The notes beneath the pieces are model-generated. The model saw only the letters and a program-made list of their open reading frames with translations, had not been told where the DNA came from and ran no database searches. From contig NC_043006.1 of the NCBI RefSeq assembly GCF_006345805.1, positions 26,474,001 to 26,538,000 of the forward strand: DNA of 64,000 nucleotides, given 5' to 3'. Positions 1-11,869 of the stretch are shown piece by piece; position 1 is the stretch's first letter, and each line of letters starts with the position of its first letter. The position numbers and the translations under genes were made by a program. Source of the DNA: Octopus sinensis (taxonomy: Eukaryota).

Positions 1-944
1 ACATTTGGCATTCAGCTCTGTATTTTATTGGTAAGAAAATAGAACTATTGAAAATGAACTGAGAGTAGTCTTTTTGAACACTTATTTGAACCTTAAATTC
101 CTCAGTGAATGAGTTGTTAATCTTGAGTCTATTTCTAGCATCTCTTACACATGGCTTTGAAATCATTTGAAACGGTTATCTAACCCTAACTCCCCCATCA
201 CTCACCAAATTACAGTTCTTGGGAGTGATAAAATTCCAATCTAGTTCAACACAGGCAAGCTGTATTTGCTAACTTTTCTTCTTCTGCGGTCTTGCATTAC
301 ATTTAGCACTTATGTATCAAATTCTTTCATTGTTATACAGGTAAAGGTGATTATATGTTTGCTGCTTTTGTGAGTTTCAAAAAATGTTTCCTTAATGAAA
401 ATATTATGTTTTGGCCTTCTGTATGATGGTAGACAACAATCATTCCACAAGTCCTGTGTTCGCTTGTTGTGCTGTTAAACATTATTGGATATTTTTCACA
501 CCCTGGAGTCAGTTTTGACATTGATTTTTGTTTTGTTTAGAATTTGTGAACTTAACAGCAATTATAATAAATCTGACTAAACTCTTTTTTTTTTTCCATA
601 CAACATAATACCAAAAGAAAAAAAAGCCAAAGTGCATTATACATGCAATGTATTTCTTCTGTGATTTCATTGTCCATCATTGATGGCATGTATTACATTC
701 AAGTTTGTATTATACATGAACAAATATGATAGCTATTTGTAGGTTGTGACTGAATTATTGCAATCTACATTGATCTATGTAAAGTTAGAAGAGAGGAGAA
801 ATAAAGTAATACTTCCATGTAAAGGAAATTAAATATAAAATGGTAATAATATCCTTCAAATATAGCAGAGTTGATATATTAAAGTTTTTACCCTCCTAAA
901 CTGATCAGGATTTGACTTGTATAAAATTATCAATTTTTTTCCAG

Positions 945-1012
945 GGTGTACCAAGTTCAGCTCTTCGAGAAATTTGTCTACTAAAAGAATTAAAACATAA
1001 GAATATTGTTCG
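945..1012 (+). CDS. CDK5: CDK5 coding exon (equivalent to human exon 3): GVPSSALREICLLKELKHKNIV+R
   Basis: AG acceptor at 943-944 and GT donor at 1013. The 68-nt exon encodes the CDK5-diagnostic PSSALRE helix. Upstream exons are not in the window. Confidence 0.97.
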
Positions 1013-1397
1013 GTATGTATTTAAATTCAATATCTTTCTGTTCTGAACATTGTTAAATCTTCATTTTTTTGTTGTCTTTGGACTAGTGTCCTCATTTATT
1101 GTAGTCACAATGTTTTCATTGTTGTGCCCACTTCAGCTTTCTTAAAGTGCCTACTATATTCAGTAACAATGCAAGAATTTCAAACTGAGCTCTTTATTCA
1201 GTTTACAAAGGATATATTGTTCTCATTTTGTTGTCCATACCAGAGATATTCTTTTACTTGTGGTGTTGTGTAACAGTATTATAGTTAACTTGTTACAAAG
1301 ATAAAGGAGATGCCCTAGAGAGAAGTAATCATGGAAGTTTCACACTACTGGACCAGGTTATGGAAGTAATAGCTCAACTAATTTGGAAGAGAGTTAA

Positions 1398-1582
1398 CCC
1401 TTTAGCATTCTTATTAGTCTATTAATTATGCTTCATCTTGTAATTTCAAGATTTTAATGATGTGACTGTAAATTTTTGGAATGACATTGTAGGGGGTAGG
1501 GGTGAGAAGTCAGATCTGGTCATTTGGACTTAAAACAGGTAGAATATTTGAGCTGGATATGGCCAGTTTAAATGCTAAAGTG
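1398..1582. mobile_element. piggyBac-like MITE
   Basis: TTAA at 1394-1397 and 1583-1586. Terminal inverted repeats (TIRs) ccctttagcatt / aatgctaaagtg. Confidence 0.75.
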
Positions 1583-1596
1583 TTAAACTAAATGAT

Positions 1597-2690
1597 ATGC
1601 AGTTTGCTTTAGTGCAAGAGAGAAGTACTACTGATGCTCTCTTCCTAGTAAGGCTACTGCAGGAGAAGTATTTTGCTCTGCTTGGCTTTCATCTATCTAA
1701 AGAAAGGCTTCAGCTGAGTACTTCACTCTCTGATCAAGTGAGAGCCACTCAAACCATGTACTGGGGTCCTGCCTGTAAGATTAGAGTTTGCAAAGAGTGC
1801 ACCTAAGCTTTTAGTATGCAGGTACTTCACCAGGGCTCAACTCTCAGTTCCTTCCTTTTTATTAGAGTCAATCATAGCATGACAGAGTATGTTAAGACTG
1901 ATTGCCCATGGAAGCTCCTCTATACTGATGACTTCATTCTTATTGAAGAATCTGTAGCAGAATGAGAAAAGAAATTCCAGGTATGGAGGTAAAAATCCTA
2001 TATAGTACCCAGTACAAACCCTGGACACATAAGAGGTACAGTGTAATCATAAGAAGGTTAACAGAGAAAGTAGACTTTGTGTGTGGCAGATGTGCAGGAG
2101 TAATACTCACTAAAAACACATAGGAAATAGACTTCCTTGAATACCCAAAAGAATTCTTCGAGCTAGCTCCTGTTACAATAGATGATCTAATTAGCAGTGA
2201 AGGAAGATGCTGCAAAAGCTTAATCGCTTGAATAAGAACTGACTGATGAAAGTTCAGAGAGCTATTACTTCTGTTGGTAACAAAAGGTTTGTTTCAGAGT
2301 GAAAGACAGATTGTATGCTGCTTGTGTACAAACAGCAATGCTAGGCAGTAGTGAAATGTGGACACTGAATGTGGAGGAACTGTGAAGGCTAGAAAGAAAT
2401 TTACCTAAAATGTTCCACTGGATATGTAAAGTCAGTGTGTAATGTATGACGAAATGCAACTGTATTGAAGGAAAAGTTGAGCATACGAAGCATCATATTT
2501 TTTGTGTGCCAGAGAGAAAACTTTACTGGTATGGTCATGTGATGCATATAGGGGAGGACAGCTGCAGAAAGGATTTCCAGTTTCTAAATGTGGATGGAAC
2601 TTGTAGAACAGGAAAATTCAGGATGATATGGGACAAAATAGTAAAGATTGACCCTCCTGGAGGAGATGATAAAGCACCATCACCATTGCT
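1597..2690 (+). mobile_element. Degraded RTE LINE RT fragment
   Basis: MQFALVQERSTTDALFLVRLLQEKY and ERKLYWYGHVM are homologous to the intact RTE ORF at 47938-50335. Many stops and frameshifts. Confidence 0.85.
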
Positions 2691-2696
2691 TAGAAA

Positions 2697-2870
2697 CTGA
2701 TGTTGGTGTGTTTACGTCCCTGTAACTTAGCAGTTTGGCAGAAGATATCAATAGAATAAGCACCAGGCTTACAAAGAATAAGTCCAGTATTTGGTTTCTT
2801 CAACTAAATGGCGGTGCTCCAGCATGGCCATACTCAAATGACGGAAACAAGTAACAGAGTAAAAGAGTAT
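2697..2870 (+). mobile_element. 3' half of a tRNA-derived SINE
   Basis: Matches the 3' part of the SINE at 53852-54256 (ggtgctccagcatggcc...gaaacaagtaa...agagta). Confidence 0.8.
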
Positions 2871-3352
2871 ATATATATATGTACATACACATATTTCTGC
2901 TAAATATGGATAGTTTATCCTCTTCATACTATATTATTAGCATTATCCTGCGTTTGAGAAAAAAATAATTTCCTTATCTATATCTTTCAATACACTTCAA
3001 CACTTCTAATGCAAACTTACTTTGTTGATTTTCAACGTAAGTTGAATTTAATTTTACAAAGCTAGATTTATATATCCTAAATTTGTCATTGGGTCAGATT
3101 AGCTTAATGGTAAAGCACTGGACGTGTAATCACAAGGCTATGAGTTTGTGTCTCATGGCTTGCTGCTGACATATTTTTCTGCAAAATATGGATAGTTTAT
3201 CCTGTTCATGCTGTATTATTAGCATTATCCTGTGTTTAAGAATAAGATTATTTCTTTATCTGTATGTATGTGTATATATATATATATATAATATATATAT
3301 ATATATATACATACATGTGGATATATATATAGATATATATGTGTGTGTGTAT

Positions 3353-3384
<32 letters not shown>

Positions 3385-3385
<1 letters not shown>

Positions 3386-3680
3386 TATAGCCTCAGGCCG
3401 ACCAAAGCCTTGAGTGGATTTCATACACGGAAACTGAAAGAAGACTGTTGTACATATGTGTATATTTTTGTGTGTGTGTCTGTGTTTGTACCCTCACCAT
3501 TGCTTGACAACCGGTGCTGCTGTGTTTATGTTCCCATAACTTAGTGGTTCAACAAAAGATACTGATAGAATAAGTACCAGGCTTACAAAGAATAAATCCT
3601 GTGGTCAATTTGTTTGACCAAAGTCGGTGCTCCAGCATGGCCACAGTCACATGACTGAAACTATTAAAACAATATAAAAA
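3385..3680 (+). mobile_element. 5'-truncated tRNA-derived SINE
   Basis: Homologous to the middle and 3' parts of the full SINE copies in this window. Confidence 0.8.
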
Positions 3681-3739
3681 CTATGCCATTTTAATCTCGA
3701 GTAAAGCCGGGTACCTCTACTAGAAGAAGAAGAAGAAGA

Positions 3740-3773
<34 letters not shown>

Positions 3774-3779
3774 ATGATA

Positions 3780-4130
3780 ATAATAATAATAATAGTGGTT
3801 TCAAATTTTGGCACAAGTCCAGCAGTTTCAGGGGAGGCGATAAGTCGATTATATCAACCCCAGTGTTCAACTGGTACTTATATTGTGGGACGACCTGGAC
3901 AGATAGATAATATAAGCACAAGACCTGAAATGTTGGGGAAAGGATTAGTTGATTCTATTGACTCCAATACTTGATTGGTACTTTATTTTATCAACCATGA
4001 AAGGCTGAAAGGTAAAGTTGACCGTGACAGGATTGGTGCTAAGTACATAAAGAGCCAGAGGAAATGTTGCTAAACATTTTGTCAAACATGTCAACAATTC
4101 TGCAACTAGCTGCCCTAATAACCCTGTAGC
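3780..4130 (-). mobile_element. Second tRNA-SINE family (two adjacent partial copies) with AAT-repeat tail
   Basis: Similar to 11020-11135 (gaaagg..gaaagg..aagttgacc; caactggtactt), next to an (AAT)n/(AGT)n tail. Confidence 0.6.
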
Positions 4131-4299
4131 CAAGAAATGCCAGATTGACGTTCAGTGGGATTAAGCCATGTCTCATGGCCAGAAGGGGTCTTTAGCCTCG
4201 ATAGGTGGCCCTCCTAGTAATGGTGTCATGAAAAAAGCACTTATGGGAAGGAAATTCCTCACAAACTTAACTTATTAATGAAAGAATACAAAATACTGA

Positions 4300-4940
4300 G
4301 GATCTTTTCCTTTTGAACGGAGATAATTTCTAGTTAACTAAACACTTTAAAACTTCGTATACTGGTAGAATGTGTCAAAATAAAACATTTTTTTCTCTTG
4401 GCTTTCTTGAGAAAATTGTAATTTGTTTGTTTAACGTAGTTTAATTTTTCGAATTTTAACCAATCCTATGCTCTCTTTTGAGCTAAAATCATTTGCTGCG
4501 TCTAAAACTGAGACAACATCCTGTAACTAACCCTAAACCTCCCCCCTAACCCTAACCCTAAATTTTTTTTTCTTAATTGTTAAATTAATTTAATTGTTAC
4601 GCATGTAGAAAAAACTAAAGCAATGGAATTAAATTAATTTAACAATTAAGAAAAAAAAATTTAGGGTTAGGGTTAGGTGGGAGATTTAGGGTTAGTTACA
4701 GGATGTTGTCTCAATTTTAGACGCAGCAAATGATTTTAATTGAATGGAGGTAATCGATTGGTTAAAATTGCCGAAATGCTTGGATTTTCAGACGAAATAT
4801 CTTACAAACTATAGAATTTTCTCAATTAAAACCAAGAAAAAATTATGTTTTATAAACACATTCTACCAATATACGAAGTTTAAAATTTTTTAGTTTCCTA
4901 GAAATTATGTTGACATCTGCCATTCAAAAGGAAAAGATCC
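4300..4940. mobile_element. Foldback (whole-element palindromic) MITE with an 8-bp TSD and internal TTAGGG arrays
   Basis: Ends are ggatcttttccttttgaa / ttcaaaaggaaaagatcc. The arms pair to a centre near 4600-4625. TSD aatactga at 4292-4299 and 4941-4948. Confidence 0.9.
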
Positions 4941-5911
4941 AATACTGATTCAAATAATGGCATAAATGTGATTGGAACAGAGATAAAGATGCCTTGCCTG
5001 ACATCTGTACCTCTGGTTCCCACTGTATGGCAGTAGCAATGAAAAGAGGCAGAAGTGGTGCCAGTAGATTATTGTCATGGATTGATACTATTTGAGCAAT
5101 CCAGTTAATGAAATTGCATAGCAGTATTCACCCAGGAAGCATAACCAGAGTTATCCGGTGAGCAAAGGATGCCATTGAGCCCTCTAGCTTTTTCACCTTC
5201 CAAACAGTTGCCCACCTTTTTGGTCCCTTTGCCAAAAGAATCTCCATCAACTTTTGTAAGTGTCTTCTTTCTCCATCTTCTAAACAATGATGTTTCTGTG
5301 TGCCGCTGTTGAGAAAGGCTTCACTATCACTAATTCCATGCTGCGTACCCTTGGATAACCCCATCCAAATCTGCCCCACTTTCATTCCAGTCAGTTCTTC
5401 ACCCTTCTGACTTTCCTCCCACCAATATGGAAATACCTTCAAGTGTAACTGTTACTGCTGCTGCTGCTGCTGATGGTATCAGTACAGCAGTCTCTCCTGT
5501 TCATACTAGTTTAATCATTAGTATATCAATACTTCTTGAACTGAATTGTGTTTGAATTTTCATACAAAATAATTTTGCAGATTATACCTAACCCAATCTT
5601 TGCATGTTTTTGAGTATTCAGAAAATTCTGTCATTATAAATGACAAATCATTGTCAAGCAAGTTGAGATGCCACTAGACATCTTTTGCACATAATTATTA
5701 AATTAAGGTATTGTATACTTGATGATGCTGTTAGGTTTTGGAGATGTCTTCTACTCTTCATTTTTTCAGTCATTCATGTTGAGCATTACTCTGTTCCAAA
5801 TTTCTTCAGCTTCTGTCTATAAGTTATTGGTGATGTCTGACTCCTTTTGTCAATAAATCATTGGCTATTTATAACACTAGCACCTGTTCTGGCACTGTTT
5901 TTCTATATATA

Positions 5912-6352
5912 GGTGCAGGAGTGGCTGTGTGGTAAGTAGCTTGCTAACCAACCACATGGTTCTGGGTTCAGTCCCACTGCGTGGCATCTTGGGCAAGTGT
6001 CTTCTGCTATAGCTCCGGGCCGACCAATGCCTTGTGAGTGGATTTGGTAGACAGAAACTGAAAGAAGCCTGTCATATATATGTGTATATATATATATGTA
6101 TGTGCGTGTGTGTTTGTGTGTCTGTGTTTGTCCTCCTAGCATTGCTTGACAACTGATGCTGGTGTGTTTACTTAATAATAATAATAATGAAATTATTGTA
6201 TACAGTGCTACAGTTAGCGGTTCGGAAAAAGAGACCGATATAATAAGTACTGGGCTTACAAAGAATAAGTCCCGGGGTCGATTTGCTCAACTAAAGGCAG
6301 TGCTCCAGCATGGCCGCAGTCAAATGACTGAAACAAGTAAAAGAGTAAAGAG
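5912..6352 (+). mobile_element. Full-length tRNA-derived SINE
   Basis: A box TGGCTGTGTGG, B box GGTTCAGTCCC, internal TA/TG repeat and AAAGAG tail. Near-identical copies at 10453 and 53852. Confidence 0.9.
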
Positions 6353-6654
6353 TATATAGCTAGTGGGAAGATGAATTGCTGCTACCTCTACTGGTAAAGC
6401 ATCCATCATTGACAAGACCAAGGAAGGTCAAAATAACACAATGTGATATGGCACTGGAGGTGGCAGGGGTTTATCTTCTCACTAGTAATATAAACGAGAG
6501 TGCATTTTGCACCAAAAGCCAATATGGGAGTTTCTCTCATGGTATCTACTGTGGTAAAGATTGTTCTGACTGAGCATCCGTGTTTAAGTGGGCATAAATA
6601 CTACTTCTTTTCGTACTACTTTTAAATGAAGTTTTTAATTATTTTTCTTTATAG

Positions 6655-6772
6655 TCTTCATGATGTGCTGCACAGTGAGAAAAAGTTGACGCTTGTCTTT
6701 GAATACTGTGATCAAGATTTAAAGAAATATTTTGACAGTTGCAATGGAGAAATCGATTTAGATACAGTCAAG
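6655..6772 (+). CDS. CDK5: CDK5 coding exon: [39 protein letters not shown]
   Basis: tttatag acceptor and gtaaaa donor. 118 nt, phase-compatible with the previous exon, near-identical to CDK5. Confidence 0.97.
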
Positions 6773-8426
6773 GTAAAATGATATTCATCAACAATTCATT
6801 TAGTTTTATAAAATTATATCTTTTATTTGAACATGAAAAGATAAATTGATTAAAAGAAAAAAAAATCAAATGTATAAAAGATTAAATAATTGAAAAATTG
6901 AGGCAATCTTTCATTTTAGAAAACCCTAAATATAACCAGAAATCAACTGCAGAAACAGCAACCCCCAAAATTCTTTCAACAACATAACAGAAAAAGAAGG
7001 GAGATAATGAATGAAAGAAATTGTTTTTCTTTTAACTATTCATATAACACACATGTGAAATTTGACTGGCGACGACTGCTGCTGTCATCTTGCAGTTGTT
7101 TTTAGTGTAAGAGACAGAAAAAAAAAATAGGGTTTCCTAAATAAAAGTGAGGGAGAAATTTCCCTCAAGGGGAGAGAAACGCTGAGAGAGATATTTTTTG
7201 TTATATACTTATTTTATGTTTCTATATAATTCATTCTTATTTGGGTTTTTTTTGCAAATAGACGCAGATAAATTTATTTCATTCTTTTTTGGAAATTATC
7301 AATGCAGTGTAACTTGAAATAAAACTACATGGTCATCTAAACATTTAGGAACTATATAAACGATTGACTACTTTTTTTAAAAAGTGTAGAGAAAAAATGT
7401 GAGAGGAGGGGATTAAAAACCTCTAAGTTCACTTGCAATAGAGATTACCATTAATATTATACAGAGTATGATCGGTATTTTCTATTTCATCTACTTTTAA
7501 CAGTGGAGAGAGAAGAGTTTGATAGATAGATAGAAAGTCTTCTACATGTCTAAGATTTCATTCTGGGAGTTTTTCAAAGGTCTTATTTTATTTCTCCCAT
7601 TTATGATTTTGTTTTCTTTTCCAGTGTATATTTGCCTTGTTTGTTTGTCCTTCATGTTGATACGATTACCTTTTTTTCAACATAAGTTGAATTTAATGTA
7701 TGATAGCATTTTATAAAGCTAGATTTATATATCCTAAATTTGTAGAAGAATTTGTCATTGGGTCAGATTAGCTTAATGGTAAAGCACTGGACGTATAATC
7801 ACAGAGCTGTGAGTTTGGTCAGTGGTGCAGCACATTTTTTGTGTAGAATAGTTAGTGTAGAACTAACAGAAACCTGAGCAGTCTGGTTACTTGAAGCATC
7901 AGAGAATTTGTTGTGTGAAGTAAGCTACTGAGATGTTGATTGCCTTGATCAATTAGCTGTTCCATTAAAGATAACACTGCATTCTATTGGTTACTTTTGT
8001 GTAACTTTCTTGCTGTTATTTTCTGTGAAATCTAGTTTCAATATTCCTTTATCCATGCTGTTATAATTGGTATTTTATTTGCTCATGCAACACTTGTATT
8101 TGAAGGGAATTGTTTTTAGATTATTCTTTGATTATGTCACAGAAAAGGAGATAGCTTTTGAATTTCAAAGACAGAATGTAAAATTGTCATTTGTCAAGTG
8201 ATAGTGAAAAATTTTAATTTTTGAAAGTATTGATTTAACTATCTGATGTTTGATTATCTAAATCAATTTTCATAATGATTATACTGATTTCCTGAAGGTG
8301 ATAAGTGTTACTGTTTGCTAATTGTACATTTAAGAAATCTAAAATTGTTTCAGTATTTAAAGAATCAAGTAATATAAGAAAATCTAATTCACCTACTTTA
8401 TATTATTTATATCAATATGTTTTTAA

Positions 8427-8558
<132 letters not shown>

Positions 8559-9003
8559 TGATTATCTTGAAAATTCAAATATCATATATATATCAGTTTT
8601 GTTACTCTAAAAGAAACAGTATGTCCAATAGCTATTAGTTTAGTTTTGTAAACCTTTTATCATTAACTGAATCTATCTCCTGCATAATGATTTGTATGCT
8701 TACCTATTTTAGTGTTGAGACTATGATCATTTTGTTTTTGTATTTGGTTTACAAAATTCTTGATGTGAATTCATCTGTTGAAACAAATCTTATTGAGTCT
8801 TGGGAGAGTCATTACACCAATAATAATAATAAACACATACATTGGTTCGGCATTACTTCTTTATTGTTATTCAATCAATTAAATAGCTAACCAACTAATT
8901 ATTAATTTGTTTAATGTGCTTGTTAAACAATTAATTGGTTAGTTGTTTGTTTGTCAAAATCTTCAAGGCTGACCTTGAAGAGAGAGAGAGAGAGAGAGAG
9001 CAT

Positions 9004-9044
9004 GTCACTGATGAGGTCACCAAGTGCGATGAAAGGACTTTGAC
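9004..9044 (+). ncRNA. Decayed minimal type I hammerhead ribozyme motif
   Basis: gtca-CTGATGA-g-gtcac[caagt]gcgat-GAAA-ggactt-tgac. Helix I gtca/tgac; helix II pairs at 4 of 5 positions. Confidence 0.5.
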
Positions 9045-9149
9045 CAACTATAAAGAAGTGATATTGAACCAGTGCATGTATTATTATCAATAATATTAAT
9101 ACGCTAACTTTTTGTTTTTGTACGTACCTGTTGTGTGTGTCGCACTTAC

Positions 9150-9390
9150 TTCAAAGAAGTGGCAAAGCAAAAGAGAGGAAGTAAGAGAGAGAGTGAAAGA
9201 GACAGTGAGTGGTGATGGCATTCATTTTGTCTTTTTAAATGTTTCAGAGAGGAAGTAAGAGAGAAAGGGAGAGAGAGAATAAACGAGACATTGAGTGGTG
9301 ACAGCGTTTGTTTTGTCTTTTTAAATGTTTCAGAGAAGACGTAAGAGAGAGAGAGAGAGTGAAAGAGACAGTGAGTGGTGACAGCATTCA
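9150..9390. repeat. About 75-bp GA-rich minisatellite, roughly 3 diverged copies
   Basis: gtaagagagagagtgaaagagacagtgagtggtga...ttttgtctttttaaatgtttcagaga recurs. Confidence 0.7.
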
Positions 9391-10199
9391 TCTCAAGAGA
9401 AGTAGATACATATACACATTGTTAAATCAAAAGCGGGAGAGAAGAGGGACACAAAGGAAGTGAAAGAGAAAGAGAGAAACTGAGAGAGACAGTAGATACA
9501 TAAATTCAAAGTAAAGTTATTACATAGATACATACACGCAGCAAATATTGGATGTCAATTTCACTTTTCATTACCAAACGAGGATAAAATTAACTCACAA
9601 GTGGCTGAGAACTCCACAGACATGCATAACATTAACGTAGTTCTCAGGGAGATTCAGCCTCACACAGAAGAGGACAAGGCTGGCCCCTTTGAATTAAAGC
9701 TACAACTTGAGACATATTTATATATATATGAGAGAAGTGAGTGGTGACTCAAAGGAAGGTGGTGTTTGTTTTGTGTTTTCAATCACAGCAAATATTGGAT
9801 ACCATATCCTAAACAAAAACTGTCCAATACATTCATATATGTTTTTCTATTGAAACACTTAATCATTTTGGACATTTATTGTTTTAACAGCATGAGAAAA
9901 ACTGAGAAAGAGCTTGAAGACACAACTAAAACAATTTCAGTCAGTGGCAAAGCAACAAGTAGAAAGAGAGAGAGAGAGAGAATTTGTTTTCATTATAAAA
10001 TTACACCTTCGGAATACAACGACATGGTCTTTTTCTTTCTATATTTTTTAAGTTAGAATTTCTGACTCATTTGTTGATGTGTCATCATTACACATCCACA
10101 TTACACCTTTAAGATCAGGGAACCATTTAGGGGCCAGCTGGATCTCTCTCGGCATACCAGCAAACCACAAAATCGTACCAGGCAGCATCACCACTACCT

Positions 10200-10835
10200 C
10201 CAAGCCCATCATATGTATGTGTCTGTGTCTGTGTTTGCCCCACCACCATCATTGCTTAACAACTGATGTTGGTGCGCTTGCATCCCTGTTATTTAGCTGT
10301 TCGACAGAAGAGACTGATGGAATAAGCACCAGACTTACAGGGAATAAGTCCAGGGGTCAATTTCTTCGACTAAAGGGTGGTGCTCCAGTATGGCCACCGT
10401 CAGATGACTGAAACAAGTAAAAGAATAAAAGAATACCAGAAAAACGTTCCATAGGAGTGGCTGTGTGGTAAGTAGCTTGCTAACCAACCACATGGTTCTG
10501 GGTTCAGTCCCACTGCGTGGCATCTTGGGCAAGTGTCTTCTGCTATAGCCCCGGGCCGACCAATGCCTTGTGAGTGGATTTGGTAGACAGAAACTGAAAG
10601 AAGCCTGTCGTATATATGTATATATATATATGTGTGTGTTTGTGTGTCTGTGTTTGTCCCCCTAGCATCGCTGGTGTGTTTACATCCCCGTCACTTAGCG
10701 GTTCGGCAAAAAAGAGACCGATAGAATAAGTACTGGGCTTACAAAGAATAAGTCCCGGGGTCGAGTTGCTCGATTAAAGGCGGTGCTCCAGCATGGCCAC
10801 AGTCAAATGACTGAAACAAGTAAAAGAGAAAAGAG
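10200..10835 (+). mobile_element. Two tandem tRNA-SINE copies (partial 10200-10435; full 10453-10835)
   Basis: Same A/B boxes and body as the copy at 5912-6352. Confidence 0.88.
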
Positions 10836-11019
10836 AACCACTAAATCAAGACGGTTCTTTGAATATGTATGATGTATTCTAAGGTTAAATAGTAATTCCA
10901 TTTACGTTTGTGTAACTGAGATATATTAGTTGGATTATATAGTCATTGGTGTTACATTACTTTCTATATTCTGTAACTGTCATAATATACTTTTCTAGGC
11001 CTGAAATTTTTGTGGGGAG

Positions 11020-11135
11020 GGGGCTAGTTGATTAGCTCAACCTCAGTACACAACTGGTACTTAATTTATTGGGCCTTGAAAGGATGAAAGGCAAAGTTGA
11101 CCTCGGCAGAATTTGAACTCAGAACGTAAAGACAG
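11020..11135 (-). mobile_element. tRNA-derived SINE fragment (second family)
   Basis: The minus strand has a B box, gttctgagttcaaattctgcc. Confidence 0.7.
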
Positions 11136-11699
11136 ACAGTCATAAAATACAAACATTTCTCATGGCACCAATTCACTGTTCACAGATGCTTACATTTTTA
11201 TGTTTACCATGATTTTTTTTACAGGTTCAGCTAGTTATTATTATTAGTGTAATGGCCCTCCCAGAATACCAAGACTATGGTCATTATTGCTCTCAAATTG
11301 TTTATACCTAATTTAAACATGTTAATTGCATATAAGCATCAAGTCATTGTTTTGACATATCCATGTTTTAACCAGTTTTACTGTTTAATGTTCTGAAACT
11401 AACTTTCTGAACTTTGCAACAATAAATTGAAAGTGTTTTATTTTTCAGTTGTATTGGTTCACTCAAATTATTTATAGTGCATTACTCATTTATAATTACA
11501 AAATATAAATTATTAGTTATGTGTTTGTGACTATAATCACAGATATATAATGTACATATTTATTTATATATCATATAGACATTATAAAGATTTTATGTAA
11601 TATATAACAGAGAATTATACATTTTATATAATTAAAATATGACCATAACTGTGTTGTCTGTCTAGTTGAAATTTTTATAAATTTCATTTTGAAATTCAG

Positions 11700-11774
11700 A
11701 ATGGAGAGCTGAAACTTGCTGACTTTGGACTTGCAAGAGCCTTTGGAATTCCAGTCCGTTGTTATTCAGCCGAG
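11700..11774 (+). CDS. CDK5: CDK5 coding exon: [25 protein letters not shown] (DFG/activation loop)
   Basis: ttcag acceptor, gtaaat donor, 75 nt. Confidence 0.98.
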
Positions 11775-11869
11775 GTAAATCCGAGCTTGTTATTTAAATT
11801 AGTTAAGCAAACATGGATGAGGATGGCTCTATAAAGAAATGCTGATCATTGAATGTGGTTGGAGATATA

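Noticed and set aside
1-944. CDK5 exons 1-2 (MQKYEK..., GTYGTVFKAK...)
   Set aside because: No matching peptide found in this interval; they are presumably upstream of the window.
3091-3160. Functional tRNA gene
   Set aside because: The B box and acceptor stem are degenerate, and no cloverleaf can be completed.
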